A DNA stretch of 64,000 nucleotides from an uncultured Pelagibacteraceae bacterium (GCA_902538915.1 CACBGZ010000001.1:181108-245107), one strand, 5' to 3'. Counted from the stretch's first letter, positions 48,851-60,045 are shown. Notes: generated from the sequence alone by a model not told the origin. Translations and numbers: made by a program.

Positions 48851-50176
48851 TTAAGCCACCTTTTGATCTAAATTATCAATCATTTTTCCAAATAAAGTAT
48901 TTCTGTTACTCTTGTTTATTTTAATTTTAAGAATTTTTCCAACATCTTTTTTGTTACCTTCAAAAATTACAGGTGTCATGTATTCTGATCTACCAAAGAT
49001 TTTGGTTTTATCTTTAGTCTGATTCTCAGATAATACATTAATTACCTTATTTTCTAGGGATTTATTTTTTTTAGCTTGATTATCAAAAAGCGTCTTTTGA
49101 ACCTTTTCTAAACGCCTTAATGAAATTTTTTTATCAATAGTCTGTAAATCTTCGGCTACTGTGCCTGGTCTAGGACTGAATATAAATGAGTAAGAATTAA
49201 TAAATTTAACTTCTTTGATTAAATTTAATGTATCAATAAAATCTTTTTCCTCTTCACCTGGATAAGCTATGATAAAATCACTAGAGAATTCTACGAGTGG
49301 ATTTATTTTTTTTAATCTTTCATAGATTTTTAGGTATTCTCCAACAGTGTGCTTTCTATTCATTAAGCTTAAAATCTTATTTGAGCCACTTTGAACAGGA
49401 AGATGAATTAAGGGCATAAGTTTTCTTGAGTCTCTATAAACCTCAATTAAATCATCTGTCATATCTTTAGGGTGGGAAGTGGTAAATCTTATTCTATCAA
49501 TATTTTTGATCTTTTCTATTTCATTGATGATATCTGATAATCTTTGATTTTTATCACTGTATGCATTCACATTTTGGCCTAATAATATAATCTCTTTCGT
49601 ACCTTGATCCACTAAACTTTTTGCCTCGTTAATTATTTGATCAAATGGTCTTGAATATTCTGGTCCTCTTGTATATGGCACTACGCAAAAATGACAGAAC
49701 TTATCACAACCCTCTTGTATTGTTAAAAAAGAAGTAGCTTTTCCAGATTTATTTTTTATTCTACTTAAATATTCAAATTTGCTTACTGCATCAAAATCCG
49801 TCTCCTCAACTTTTTGTTTTTTTGAGAAATTTAAAATTTGATCATTAATCTTATGATAAGCTTGTGGGCCTATAATCAAATCGATGTAAGGTTCTCTTCT
49901 TAACATCTCTTGATTTTCTGCTTGTGCAACACAACCTGCTACTATAACTATTGGTTTCTTTTTTAATCTAAATATCTTTTTTACCCTACCAATTTCGTGA
50001 TAAACCTTTTCACTAGCTTTATCTCTTATATGACATGTATTCAAAACATAACAATCTGCATCTTCACATTGATCAGTTTTTTCATAACCTATCTCGTTCA
50101 CTACGTCGTAAATACGTTTTGAGTCATATTCGTTCATTTGACAACCAAATGTCTTTATAAAGATTTTTTGACTCAT
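48851..50176 (-). CDS. miaB: tRNA methylthiotransferase MiaB
   Basis: TFGCQMNEYDS, NTCHIR, CDKFCHFC radical-SAM motif and TRAM domain; ATG at 50176 preferred. Confidence 0.96.
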   Translation of the reverse strand: MSQKIFIKTFGCQMNEYDSKRIYDVVNEIGYEKTDQCEDADCYVLNTCHIRDKASEKVYHEIGRVKKIFRLKKKPIVIVAGCVAQAENQEMLRREPYIDLIIGPQAYHKINDQILNFSKKQKVEETDFDAVSKFEYLSRIKNKSGKATSFLTIQEGCDKFCHFCVVPYTRGPEYSRPFDQIINEAKSLVDQGTKEIILLGQNVNAYSDKNQRLSDIINEIEKIKNIDRIRFTTSHPKDMTDDLIEVYRDSRKLMPLIHLPVQSGSNKILSLMNRKHTVGEYLKIYERLKKINPLVEFSSDFIIAYPGEEEKDFIDTLNLIKEVKFINSYSFIFSPRPGTVAEDLQTIDKKISLRRLEKVQKTLFDNQAKKNKSLENKVINVLSENQTKDKTKIFGRSEYMTPVIFEGNKKDVGKILKIKINKSNRNTLFGKMIDNLDQKVA

Positions 50177-50177
50177 C

Positions 50178-50603
50178 TTATTGTGGTTTTTTTTTAACCC
50201 CGTAAAGTTCAAGTCTATGATCTACAAGAGTATAGCCATACTTTTCTGCAATTTTTTTTTGGAGCTGATTAATTTCCTCATCAACAAACTCTATTATCTC
50301 ACCAGTTTTAATATCAATTAAGTGGTTATGATCATCATTTAACTCATATCTTGCTTTTCCACCTTTAAAATCATGCTTAGTTAATATTCCAGCCTCTTCA
50401 AATAACTTCACAGTTCTATAAACTGTAGCGATGCTTATTTTAGGATCAATTTTTGAAACTCTACTATATAATTCATCAACGTCAGGATGATCCGACTCTC
50501 CATAAGCCTCTTTCGACTCCAGAATAACCTTGGCTATAGTTCTTCGTTGATCGGTGAGTTTAAGACCTTTTTTTTGAAACTTTTGCTCTAGTTTATCTGC
50601 CAT
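50178..50603 (-). CDS. fur: Fur/Mur family metalloregulator
   Basis: DHPDVDELY, SIATVYRT, HNHLID and HRLELYG; alphaproteobacterial Fur/Mur type. Confidence 0.9.
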   Translation of the reverse strand: MADKLEQKFQKKGLKLTDQRRTIAKVILESKEAYGESDHPDVDELYSRVSKIDPKISIATVYRTVKLFEEAGILTKHDFKGGKARYELNDDHNHLIDIKTGEIIEFVDEEINQLQKKIAEKYGYTLVDHRLELYGVKKKPQ

Positions 50604-50611
50604 AACTAATT

Positions 50612-50998
50612 TTAACTTATATAAATAGGATTAATCAAATTTTTTTTAACATCAAATTTATCGCATAGATTGGGAATATTTTCATATTTTGCCTCTTTAA
50701 AATTTTTAAAATATTGAAAACTGTAACAATAATAATCAACGTCATTAACTAAACAAATTGCTTTAATAACAGAAATTGAGTTTCTTATTCCGGCAAAACT
50801 TCCTGGCCCTATATTAATATAAAATGAAGAAATATCTTTTATTTTTAGATTTTTTGAATTCAAAAAATCATTTATAAGTATAATTAATTTTTCATAATTA
50901 GTTTTGGTATTTTCATAACTAATGCTGTAAATGTTTTTATTACTTATGATCATTAAAAAAATATTTTCCTTAGCAGCATCAATTATTAGTTTATTCAT
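50612..50998 (-). CDS. tsaB: TsaB (YeaZ), shortened to the N-terminal domain
   Basis: GPGSFAGIR motif; position upstream of fur-miaB; only 128 aa. Confidence 0.8.
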   Translation of the reverse strand: MNKLIIDAAKENIFLMIISNKNIYSISYENTKTNYEKLIILINDFLNSKNLKIKDISSFYINIGPGSFAGIRNSISVIKAICLVNDVDYYCYSFQYFKNFKEAKYENIPNLCDKFDVKKNLINPIYIS

Positions 50999-52013
50999 TA
51001 CAATTTTTTTTTTTAACTCAAACTCTATTGCAGAAGATAAAAATAGTAAATATTTTTCTGAAGATGAAGGAGTTTTGTCAATTATGTATCATCGTTTTGA
51101 GGAGAATAAATATCCATCAACTAATATTAAAATCAATATATTTGAAAAACACCTCGATATAATCAAGAATTCAAAATTTGAATTCTATCATCCAAAAGAT
51201 TTTGAAGATGATTTCAATAAACCTAAAAAACAAAAAAAAATTTTAGTTACGATTGATGATGCATTTAAATCTTTTTATGAAAATGCTTGGCCAATATTAA
51301 AAAGAAATAAAATTCCTTTTTTATTATTTGTATCTACAGAACCAGTTGGAAAAAAAGGATATATGTCCTGGGATCAAATCAAAGAGATTGAAAGATCAGA
51401 ATTTGGTGTTATTGGTCATCATTCTCATTCACACGATTATTTAATCGACAAGAAATATCAGGAATTTGTTTTAGACATAAAAAAAGCTAATGATATTTTC
51501 TTAAATGAATTAGGTTATATTCCCTCTTTATTTTCCTACCCATTTGGAGAATATTCAAAAGAAATGAGTGATTATATTTCGAAAAACTTTAATCTTTCTT
51601 TTGGTCAGCATTCGGGTGTTATTGATATTAATAAAGAAAAATATGAACTTCCCAGATTTCCAATTAATGAAAAATATGGAGAACTAAAAAGGTTTAAGTC
51701 AATTATAAATTATTCTCCCTTAGAATACAAAAATTTAAAACCTATTGAAAAAAAGTTAAATCACCAAAAAAACCCACCTGAGTTTAGTGTTGAATTTTTT
51801 AAAGAACAAAAAAATTTAGAAAATATAAATTGTTATTCTAATGAGGGGAATAGATGGGAAAAATCTGATATAACTATTAGAGAAAATTTGCTTATTATAA
51901 AATTCAGAGAGGCTTTTACTCCTAGAAGGGGACGTATTAACTGTTCCCTAAATGATGATGGCAAATGGCGTTGGTTTGGAACACAATTTACAATTGCTAA
52001 AGACTCTAAATAA
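50946..52013 (+). CDS. Secreted polysaccharide deacetylase (CE4/NodB)
   Basis: Signal peptide, IMYHRF, TIDDA, HSHSH and FSYPFG motifs; start at 50946 or 50931. Confidence 0.9.
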   Translation: MIIKKIFSLAASIISLFITIFFFNSNSIAEDKNSKYFSEDEGVLSIMYHRFEENKYPSTNIKINIFEKHLDIIKNSKFEFYHPKDFEDDFNKPKKQKKILVTIDDAFKSFYENAWPILKRNKIPFLLFVSTEPVGKKGYMSWDQIKEIERSEFGVIGHHSHSHDYLIDKKYQEFVLDIKKANDIFLNELGYIPSLFSYPFGEYSKEMSDYISKNFNLSFGQHSGVIDINKEKYELPRFPINEKYGELKRFKSIINYSPLEYKNLKPIEKKLNHQKNPPEFSVEFFKEQKNLENINCYSNEGNRWEKSDITIRENLLIIKFREAFTPRRGRINCSLNDDGKWRWFGTQFTIAKDSK

Positions 52014-53130
52014 GACTTTCTAATTTTTTACTGGAAGGAAGTAGTTTGGCATCATCAAAATCTTTTAAATTATTTTGTGAAATGATTTTTTTTAAGGTTT
52101 CTACATACTTTTTACCAGTCTCAGCGTACTTATCTAAATGTTCTGATAAAATCATACTATCTAGTTCAACACCCTCATCTCTTAATTTTGCTCTAGCCTT
52201 TCTAAATTCTTTATAAGAGGAATGTGTATTTAAATTTCGTTGATAAGCTCTAACAGAAGCTTGTAAAACATTAAATTTCATAACCTTATGACCTTGATCC
52301 TTTTCAGCATCTTTTGGTTTTAATCCTTCTCCTGACCAAGTCCACTGGCCAAATAAAGCATTCCCCTCTAATGCGAAACGTGATGTACCCCAACCAGTTT
52401 CTTTTGCAGCTTGAGCAATTGCCAGAGATGTTGGGATTTCATCCATCCTAATTTTTAAAGTTGAGAGATCTCTAGAAGGCACACCATATTGTTTAAATTT
52501 TTGATTTAACCATTTCTTTTCTAACTTAGTATTATTATTTTTATTGATTATCGCAAAGAGCTTCAGTCTATCAAGTTTAATATTATTGTTTTCTTCCAAA
52601 ACTAGAGGCAAGACGATTTGAATAAAAAAATTTTTTCTTTTTTTTGTATTTTCTATTTTTTTTATTTCATTTGGTAACCAAGTTAAAGCAACAGGTCTAA
52701 CTAGTTTATTTGTTCTTACATCATCTAAATTATAATTTGTGTCTTCAAATAATTGCTTTATTGTTGATGCGCTTAATCTTACAGAGTCAGTATCTAGGTC
52801 ATTTAGAGTTAGAATATCAGATAACAAATCCTTCTCATTGAAAGTGTCATTTTCATCAATAGTGATTTGTTCTTCTTTTCCATTCAGCTTGTAAACCATT
52901 ATTTTTCTAGAATCATTTTGGAATTCATTTGAAAAAATTTCCTGATTTGCGAAGTTGATAAAAATAGGAGCTACATAGAAAAAACCTAATATTCCAAAAC
53001 ATGCAACTAAGGTTCTACCGATTGAGCTACTTACTCTTTCTCCAAATAAGTATATAGTTTCTGTTGTCTTTTTTTTTCTATTAACGTTTAGAAATTTTAT
53101 TTTTTTTATATTAAATTGCCTCAACTTCAT
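52006..53130 (-). CDS. Bax-like glucosaminidase (GH73) domain protein with N-terminal membrane anchor
   Basis: AIAQAAKETGWGTSRF, GNALFGQW and NLNTH..Y...R; start uncertain. Confidence 0.85.
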   Translation of the reverse strand: MKLRQFNIKKIKFLNVNRKKKTTETIYLFGERVSSSIGRTLVACFGILGFFYVAPIFINFANQEIFSNEFQNDSRKIMVYKLNGKEEQITIDENDTFNEKDLLSDILTLNDLDTDSVRLSASTIKQLFEDTNYNLDDVRTNKLVRPVALTWLPNEIKKIENTKKRKNFFIQIVLPLVLEENNNIKLDRLKLFAIINKNNNTKLEKKWLNQKFKQYGVPSRDLSTLKIRMDEIPTSLAIAQAAKETGWGTSRFALEGNALFGQWTWSGEGLKPKDAEKDQGHKVMKFNVLQASVRAYQRNLNTHSSYKEFRKARAKLRDEGVELDSMILSEHLDKYAETGKKYVETLKKIISQNNLKDFDDAKLLPSSKKLESLI

Positions 53131-53650
53131 TTACCTCTCTAACGTAATGTTTTAGAAGATTTTGAACACCTTGTTTTAAAGTTAAAGTGGAGCTAGGACA
53201 GCCAGAACAGCTTCCTTGTAGTTGAACCTTAACAACCCCATCTTCAAAACTTTTAAATTTTATATCTCCTCCATCTCTGGCTACGGCTGGACGTATTTTT
53301 TCATCTAAAATTTTAATTATTTTTTTTTCAATCTCTGATAGATCAATTTTATTATCGTCTTGATTATTATCTAAAACAAAATCCTTACCCTTAGAATAGA
53401 AATCATTTATTAATGAAATTATAATGTGCTTAATTTCATCCCAATTTATATTTTCTAATTTATTTACTGAAATAAAGTCGCTCGCTAATAACACTCCTTC
53501 AACTCCATTTACTGAAAGTATATTTTTAACAAGTTCATTATCAATTTCATCTTTTTTTGTTATTTCGATTGTACCTATATTTGAGACTTGTTTCCCTGGC
53601 AAAAATTTTAGGGAATTAGGGTTTGGAGTTACCTCTGTTTGAATGAACAT
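53111..53650 (-). CDS. NifU/Nfu family Fe-S carrier
   Basis: MFIQTEVTPNPNSLKF, IRPAVARDGGD and GSCSGCPSS motifs. Confidence 0.93.
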   Translation of the reverse strand: MFIQTEVTPNPNSLKFLPGKQVSNIGTIEITKKDEIDNELVKNILSVNGVEGVLLASDFISVNKLENINWDEIKHIIISLINDFYSKGKDFVLDNNQDDNKIDLSEIEKKIIKILDEKIRPAVARDGGDIKFKSFEDGVVKVQLQGSCSGCPSSTLTLKQGVQNLLKHYVREVNEVEAI

Positions 53651-53701
53651 AATTAATATATAATCAATAATTCAAAAATATAAACTGTAAATTTTTATGA
53701 T

Positions 53702-54703
53702 TTAAAAACCAATTATATCGTGAATTTCTCTAATTTTTTTGGAAGCTATGTTTTCAGCTTTTTTAGACCCCTCCTCAAGTATTTCATCTAAATAACTTTT
53801 TTCTTTTAATAATCTTTTTATCTCATCAGATATAGGGCTTAGCTTATCTATTAATATTTCAGATAAATTTTCTTTGAAATCTGAAAAATTTTTACCTGAA
53901 AATTTTTGAATTGAGCTTTCTAAAGTTGAATCGGAAATGCTTGAGTAAATACCAATTAAGTTTCTGGCCTCTGGTCTATCATTGAGTTCTTTCACAGTTG
54001 ATGGTATTGGCAGTGAGTCTGTTTTCGCTTTTTTTATTTTATTTAATATTTGATCATTTCCATCTGTTAGGTTGATACGACTTAAATCTGACGTTTCTGA
54101 TTTACTCATTTTTTTTGATCCATCTTTAAGACTCATTATCCTGGAAAATTCTTTTTGAATTAAAGGCTCAGGTATTTTAAAAAAATTCTCAACTTTAAAA
54201 TCGTTATTAAATTTTTGTGCAATATCTCTACAAAGTTCTAAATGTTGTTTTTGATCATTCCCGACAGGAACATGTGTAGAGTCGTACAACAAAATATCTG
54301 CAGCCATTAAAACAGGATAAGAATAGAGTCCTACACTTGCATTCTCTTTATCTTTTCCTGCTTTTTCCTTGAACTGAGTCATTCTATTTAACCAACCCAT
54401 CCTTGCTACACAGCTCAATATCCAGGCTGCTTCTGAGTGTGCAGCTACTTTGGACTGATTGAAAATTATACTTTTTTTTGGATCTATGCCACAAGCTATA
54501 AAAGTTGCCACTGTTTCACGTATATTCTCTCTAAGTGTTATTGAGTCTTGGGCTATAGTTATAGCATGTAAATCCACAACACAAAAAATACATTCATTTT
54601 TATTGTCATTATTTAAACTAACAAAGTTCTTGATTGCTCCTAAATAGTTTCCTAAATGAAGGTTTCCAGTTGGCTGAACCCCTGAAAAAATCTTTTTTTT
54701 CAT
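53702..54703 (-). CDS. trpS: Tryptophan--tRNA ligase
   Basis: [14 protein letters not shown] and KMSKS motifs. Confidence 0.98.
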   Translation of the reverse strand: MKKKIFSGVQPTGNLHLGNYLGAIKNFVSLNNDNKNECIFCVVDLHAITIAQDSITLRENIRETVATFIACGIDPKKSIIFNQSKVAAHSEAAWILSCVARMGWLNRMTQFKEKAGKDKENASVGLYSYPVLMAADILLYDSTHVPVGNDQKQHLELCRDIAQKFNNDFKVENFFKIPEPLIQKEFSRIMSLKDGSKKMSKSETSDLSRINLTDGNDQILNKIKKAKTDSLPIPSTVKELNDRPEARNLIGIYSSISDSTLESSIQKFSGKNFSDFKENLSEILIDKLSPISDEIKRLLKEKSYLDEILEEGSKKAENIASKKIREIHDIIGF

Positions 54704-54705
54704 AA

Positions 54706-56235
54706 TTAATATTTTAATTTAATATCATTATATTTAAAAGCTTTGATAGCTAATGACAATATTAAATAAAATAAAAGAGTCAAAAAAACAGTTAATATTA
54801 AATAAAAAGATTTAAAAGTATGTTCGTAAGATAATTGATTTTCAAAAAATAAAATTGAATACTTGAAAAATAGTCCCATCAGAAACGAAGCAAAAATTAT
54901 TTTAGTAGATCTAATTAAAAAACTTTTATTAAACTCAAATAGATTATCTTTTTTTAAACAGATAAATAATAACAATGAATTAAACCATGAGGAAATAGTT
55001 GTTGCTATTGGAATAATGATAAAACCAAAACTTTTAAAATAATATACGCTTATACTAATATTAAGAGCCACGGAAATAACAGAAATATAAAATGGAGTTT
55101 TCGTATCATTATTAGCAAAGAAAAAAGTAGAAAAAACTTTTATAAATGCGAAGGCTGGCAGTCCTAATCCAAAATAATATAAGGCTTTTGACGAATTAAT
55201 TACTGCTTCCTCACTAAAAGAGCCATATCCAAACAATGCAGAAATAATTTCTTTTGAGCCTACAAACAAAGCCGCTGATGCAGGTAAACTTAAAAACATA
55301 CAAATTTCTAAAGCTTTATTTTGAATGTTTATAATTTTGTTTTTTTTTTTTAAAAATACATGTTTTGATAATTGGGGTAAAACCACTACACCTATAGCTA
55401 TTCCTGCAATTGCTAAATTAATCTGATAAATTCTATCAGCATAATAAAGATAAGATACTGCGCTTGACTGGAATGAAGCTATAATTGTGCCGACAAGTAT
55501 GTTTATCTGGGTTACCCCGGAAGAAAAAATACTAGGTAAAAGTTTCTTAAAAAAAAATTTAACTTTATTAGTAATTCTAATTTTAAAATCTAATTTAATT
55601 ACATAAAATTTTTTCACAAAATGGTATAGAAAGATAAATTGCAATAACCCAGCTACAGAAACACCCCAGGAAAGAATATAAATTAGATCATCATTTAAAT
55701 AATTTCCAAAAAATAAAATTGAAATTAATACTATATTTAAAATAATTGGTGCTGCTGAAGCAGCTGCAAATTTATTATGAGAGTTTAAAATTGCACCAAA
55801 GAAAGATGATAAACTCACAACCATTAAAAAAGGAAAAGTTATTCTGGTTAAAGTAATGGCAAGTTCAATTTTATCAGTATTTTTGGTAAACCCTGGAGCA
55901 ATCAAACTAACAAATAAAGGCATAAAAAGCTCAATTACTAAAACCAAAAAAAACAAACTAAATAATAATATATTGAAAACTTGATTAGCAAATATTTGAG
56001 ATTTCTTTTTACTTGTTGCCAATTCAGAAGTGTAGCTAGGAACAAAAGCTGCATTAAATGTTCCCTCAGCAAAAAGTCTTCTAAATGTATTTGGTATTCT
56101 AAAAGCAACAAAAAAAGCGTCTGCTAACAAACTGGTTCCAAGAAAAATAGCTATTAAAACATCTCTTAAATATCCAAGTAATCTACTAATTATAGTATAA
56201 AAACCAAAAGTCCCTGTTGACTTAACTAAATTCAT
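54706..56235 (-). CDS. murJ: Lipid II flippase MurJ
   Basis: [24 protein letters not shown] and LYYADR motifs. Confidence 0.96.
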   Translation of the reverse strand: MNLVKSTGTFGFYTIISRLLGYLRDVLIAIFLGTSLLADAFFVAFRIPNTFRRLFAEGTFNAAFVPSYTSELATSKKKSQIFANQVFNILLFSLFFLVLVIELFMPLFVSLIAPGFTKNTDKIELAITLTRITFPFLMVVSLSSFFGAILNSHNKFAAASAAPIILNIVLISILFFGNYLNDDLIYILSWGVSVAGLLQFIFLYHFVKKFYVIKLDFKIRITNKVKFFFKKLLPSIFSSGVTQINILVGTIIASFQSSAVSYLYYADRIYQINLAIAGIAIGVVVLPQLSKHVFLKKKNKIINIQNKALEICMFLSLPASAALFVGSKEIISALFGYGSFSEEAVINSSKALYYFGLGLPAFAFIKVFSTFFFANNDTKTPFYISVISVALNISISVYYFKSFGFIIIPIATTISSWFNSLLLFICLKKDNLFEFNKSFLIRSTKIIFASFLMGLFFKYSILFFENQLSYEHTFKSFYLILTVFLTLLFYLILSLAIKAFKYNDIKLKY

Positions 56236-56285
56236 AAATCATATTAGTCTTAAATTTACCTCATTTGTACACCTAATTAACCTAA

Positions 56286-58571
56286 ATGAAAAAAACAAAA
56301 ATTGATCACTATACAGACAAAGAGGCTTTAGATTTTCACAGTCATAATAAGCCAGGAAAAATTGAGATTACCTCCTCAAAAAATATGACCACAAAAAGAG
56401 ATCTCGCTCTAGCTTATTCGCCTGGAGTAGCAGCACCAGTAAAAGCTATAAGTGAAAATCCAGAGAGCGCATTTGACTATACAAGCAAAGGTAATCTTGT
56501 TGCTGTAATAAGTAATGGATCAGCAATTTTAGGAATGGGCAATTTAGGAGCCTTAGCGTCAAAGCCTGTAATGGAGGGAAAAGCCGTATTGTTCAAAAGA
56601 TTTGCGGACATTGATTCAATAGATCTTGAAATTGACTCAGAAAATCCAGATGAGATAATTAATAGTATTAAAAATTTTGCTCCAAGTTTTGGAGGAATAA
56701 ATTTAGAGGATATTGCTGCCCCAGATTGTTTTATCATTGAGGAAAAACTTAAAGAAATTTTAGATATACCTGTCTTCCATGACGATCAACATGGAACAGC
56801 AATTATCACAACAGCTGCGTTACTTAATGCGCTCGATATTAAAAAAAAGAAAATCGACAAAGTTAAAATTGTAGTCAACGGTGCAGGAGCATCAGCAATG
56901 GCGTGTGCTAATTTATTTAAAAAAAGCGGGGTGCCGCAAAAAAATATTACAATGATAGATAGAAAAGGAGTAATTTATACTGGAAGAGAAAATTTAAACC
57001 AGTGGAAATCCGCACATGCTATTGAGACAGATCATAGAACCTTGACTGATGCAATCCAAAATGCTGATGTATTTCTTGGTTTGTCTGCTAAAGGAGCTTT
57101 AACAAAAGACATGGTAGAAAAAATGGGTGATAATCCAATTATATTTGCTTGCGCAAATCCTGATCCAGAAATTAAACCAGAGGAGGTTGAGGAGATTAGA
57201 GATGATGCAATTATAGCTACTGGACGGTCAGATTATCCAAACCAAGTAAATAATTTAATTGGTTTTCCATATATATTCAGAGGTGCATTAGACGTCAGAT
57301 CTAAAGTCATCAATGAAGAGATGAAGGTAGCCGCAGCTCATGCGATAGCAAATTTAGCAAAGGAAGAAGTTCCAGACGAAGTTGTTGCAGCTATGGGTGG
57401 CGAAAGACCACATTATGGAAAAGACTATATTATTCCCTCAACATTTGATCCAAGACTAATAAGTGTTATTCCAGCAGCGGTAGCTAAAGCTGCTATAGAT
57501 ACGGGTGTTGCTAGGATTAATATAAAAGATTTTGAAGCTTATAAAGACCAGTTAAAGCAAAGACTAGATCCGACAGTTACAATCATGCAAGGGATAAATA
57601 GTTATATAAAGAAAAAACCAAAAAAAGTAGTTTTTGCAGATGGTGAGGATGAAAATATGCTTAAAGCCGCAATAGCATTCAAAAATTCAAATTTAGGGAT
57701 ACCAATATTGGTTGGAAAGGAAGACCTAATAAAAAAACAAATAAAGAAAATAGGTTACAATGAAAACTTTGATATTGAAATTGTAAACTCAAAAGACTCT
57801 GAAAAAAGAGAAAGATATGTGAAATATCTTTTTGAAAAACTTCAAAGACAAAAAGGTATGCTAGAACGAGATTGCGACCGATTAGTAAGAAATGATAGAG
57901 TGATTTGGGCATCTTGTATGGTTGCATGCAAAGATGCAGATGCAATGGTTACTGGAAATACAAGAAGATATTCTTCCTCACTAGAAAAAATAAGTAAAGT
58001 CGTAGATCCCAGAGCAGGAGAAATTATGTTTGGTTTAAATCTGATAGTGAATAGAGGAAAAACAATCTTTATTTGTGACACCTCAGTAATTGAATACCCT
58101 GATGCAAACCAATTAGCAGAAATGGCAAAATCAGCAGCTAGAGTAGTGAGGCTATTTGGTTTTGATCCTAAAGTTGCTTTTTTATCTCATTCAACTTTTG
58201 GCGAACCTGCTACTGATAGAACTAAAAGATTAAGTGATGCAGTTGAAATTTTAAAAAAAGATAAAGTTGATTTCAAATTTGATGGAGAGATGCAGCCTGA
58301 TGTTGCTTTGGAGGAATTGTATAAAGAACTTTATCCATTTTCAGAAATTGTAGGTAATTCAAATGTTTTGATTATGCCAAGTCAACACAGTGCAGCCATT
58401 TCTTATAAAATGATAAAATCAATGAGTAGAGCAAAAGTTATTGGACCATTATTGATTGGTTTAGGTCTTCCAATAGAGATTGCTCCATTAAGAACATCTA
58501 CATCTGAAATTATTAATTTGGCTTCTATTGCAGCTTACTCTGCTGATGTCATTGATTACAAAAAAAATTAA
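56286..58571 (+). CDS. maeB: NADP-dependent malic enzyme with PTA-like C-terminal domain
   Basis: LAYSPGVA, KPVMEGK, FHDDQHGTA and DGEMQ motifs. Confidence 0.94.
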   Translation: MKKTKIDHYTDKEALDFHSHNKPGKIEITSSKNMTTKRDLALAYSPGVAAPVKAISENPESAFDYTSKGNLVAVISNGSAILGMGNLGALASKPVMEGKAVLFKRFADIDSIDLEIDSENPDEIINSIKNFAPSFGGINLEDIAAPDCFIIEEKLKEILDIPVFHDDQHGTAIITTAALLNALDIKKKKIDKVKIVVNGAGASAMACANLFKKSGVPQKNITMIDRKGVIYTGRENLNQWKSAHAIETDHRTLTDAIQNADVFLGLSAKGALTKDMVEKMGDNPIIFACANPDPEIKPEEVEEIRDDAIIATGRSDYPNQVNNLIGFPYIFRGALDVRSKVINEEMKVAAAHAIANLAKEEVPDEVVAAMGGERPHYGKDYIIPSTFDPRLISVIPAAVAKAAIDTGVARINIKDFEAYKDQLKQRLDPTVTIMQGINSYIKKKPKKVVFADGEDENMLKAAIAFKNSNLGIPILVGKEDLIKKQIKKIGYNENFDIEIVNSKDSEKRERYVKYLFEKLQRQKGMLERDCDRLVRNDRVIWASCMVACKDADAMVTGNTRRYSSSLEKISKVVDPRAGEIMFGLNLIVNRGKTIFICDTSVIEYPDANQLAEMAKSAARVVRLFGFDPKVAFLSHSTFGEPATDRTKRLSDAVEILKKDKVDFKFDGEMQPDVALEELYKELYPFSEIVGNSNVLIMPSQHSAAISYKMIKSMSRAKVIGPLLIGLGLPIEIAPLRTSTSEIINLASIAAYSADVIDYKKN

Positions 58572-59161
58572 TTTTTTTGGATTCTTAAATCCTCAACTAA
58601 TATAATACTAGCTATAACCTCCTTAACATCAAGAATTTCTTTAGCCTCTTTTATGACTTCATTTTTCTCATCTTCAGTAATTGCAATTCCGTAAATGAAA
58701 ATTTTCTTTTTAAATGTATCAATCTGATAATTTGAAGCTTTTACTTTTTTATTTAAAATGATTGCAGTTCTTAGTTGGGATGTAATTAAAAGATCTTTTG
58801 CAGATTGTTTAAAGTTAAATTCTTCTTTTATCTTAATATCGTTTCTAACAGATCTTACTCCAAGAGTTTCCCATGCTAATTTAGTTAATTGAAGCTTTTC
58901 CTCAGGATTTTCAACCTTTCCTGTTAAAAAAAATCTTCCGTCTAAAACTTGAGTATTAACTGCAAACAAATACTTTTTATCTTTCAATAACATTCTTGCA
59001 GTAAAGTTTTTTTCCATGATTGAGTCATCTATCTGAGTCCCAACTGATCTCGGATCAAAAGCTACACTTACGCCTGTCCCAAAAAAACCTTTTGATCCTA
59101 CCCCAGCACAACTAGATAAAAAAATCAAAAATATTGAGAATATAGCAAATTTAATCTTCAT
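58568..59161 (-). CDS. Dual BON-domain lipoprotein (DolP/YraP-like)
   Basis: Lipobox LSSC, DPRSVGTQIDD and two BON repeats. Confidence 0.87.
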   Translation of the reverse strand: MKIKFAIFSIFLIFLSSCAGVGSKGFFGTGVSVAFDPRSVGTQIDDSIMEKNFTARMLLKDKKYLFAVNTQVLDGRFFLTGKVENPEEKLQLTKLAWETLGVRSVRNDIKIKEEFNFKQSAKDLLITSQLRTAIILNKKVKASNYQIDTFKKKIFIYGIAITEDEKNEVIKEAKEILDVKEVIASIILVEDLRIQKN

Positions 59162-60014
59162 TTTTTAATTCTAGACAATAGTTATAAATTTCTTTCTTTG
59201 ATATCTCATTATTTTTACTAATTAGATTTATAATTTCTTTTATACTTAATTTATTTATAGTTTTTTTAATTAAATCTTTATCTGATTCACTAAGTTTTTG
59301 CGAAACATTTTTCAATATTTTCATTTCTGAAATGACAATAGTTAATTCTCCTTTAAGTCCACTTTCAAACCGTTTCAAATTATCAATTTCTTCCCTAAAA
59401 AATTCCTCATGAAATTTGGTCATTTCTTTACAAATCAAAATTTTTCTTCCATTAAAATATTTTTTTAAAATTGGAATAGTTTTGTTAAATTTTTTTGAAG
59501 AAATAAAAAAAACTATTGAGCAATTTAGTTTTGATAAGATTTGCAGATCGCTATTTAAGAGCTTATTTTTTTCAGGTAAAAAACCGTAAAAATAAAACTT
59601 ATCACTAAACCCACTTACTGAAACAGCGCTAGAAACTGCAGAAGGGCCTGGAATTGGTGACACGTTAATACCATTTTTTAGACATTCATTTATCAAAACA
59701 GATCCTGGGTCAGAAATACTTGGAGTTCCGGCGTCTGAAATTAAAGATATTAAAGATCCTGATTCTAATAATTTGATTATCTTATTTAAATTTTTTTTTT
59801 CATTAAACTTATGGTAAGAAATCAAATTAGATTTAATATCAAATTTGTTAAGAAGAATTTTGGAAACTCTAGTATCTTCGCATAAAATAAAATCTGATTT
59901 TCCCAAAATTTCTATTGCTCTTTTTGATATATCTAACAAATTTCCTATTGGTGTTGACACAACATACAATCCAGACCCAATCTTATTATTGTCAGATTTG
60001 TTATTTAAGGACAT
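59151..60014 (-). CDS. rsmI: 16S rRNA C1402 2'-O-methyltransferase
   Basis: LYVVSTPIGNL, CEDTR and SDAGTPSISDPG motifs. Confidence 0.96.
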   Translation of the reverse strand: MSLNNKSDNNKIGSGLYVVSTPIGNLLDISKRAIEILGKSDFILCEDTRVSKILLNKFDIKSNLISYHKFNEKKNLNKIIKLLESGSLISLISDAGTPSISDPGSVLINECLKNGINVSPIPGPSAVSSAVSVSGFSDKFYFYGFLPEKNKLLNSDLQILSKLNCSIVFFISSKKFNKTIPILKKYFNGRKILICKEMTKFHEEFFREEIDNLKRFESGLKGELTIVISEMKILKNVSQKLSESDKDLIKKTINKLSIKEIINLISKNNEISKKEIYNYCLELKNED

Positions 60015-60045
60015 TGTTGTAACTAATTAATATAATATTATTCAA

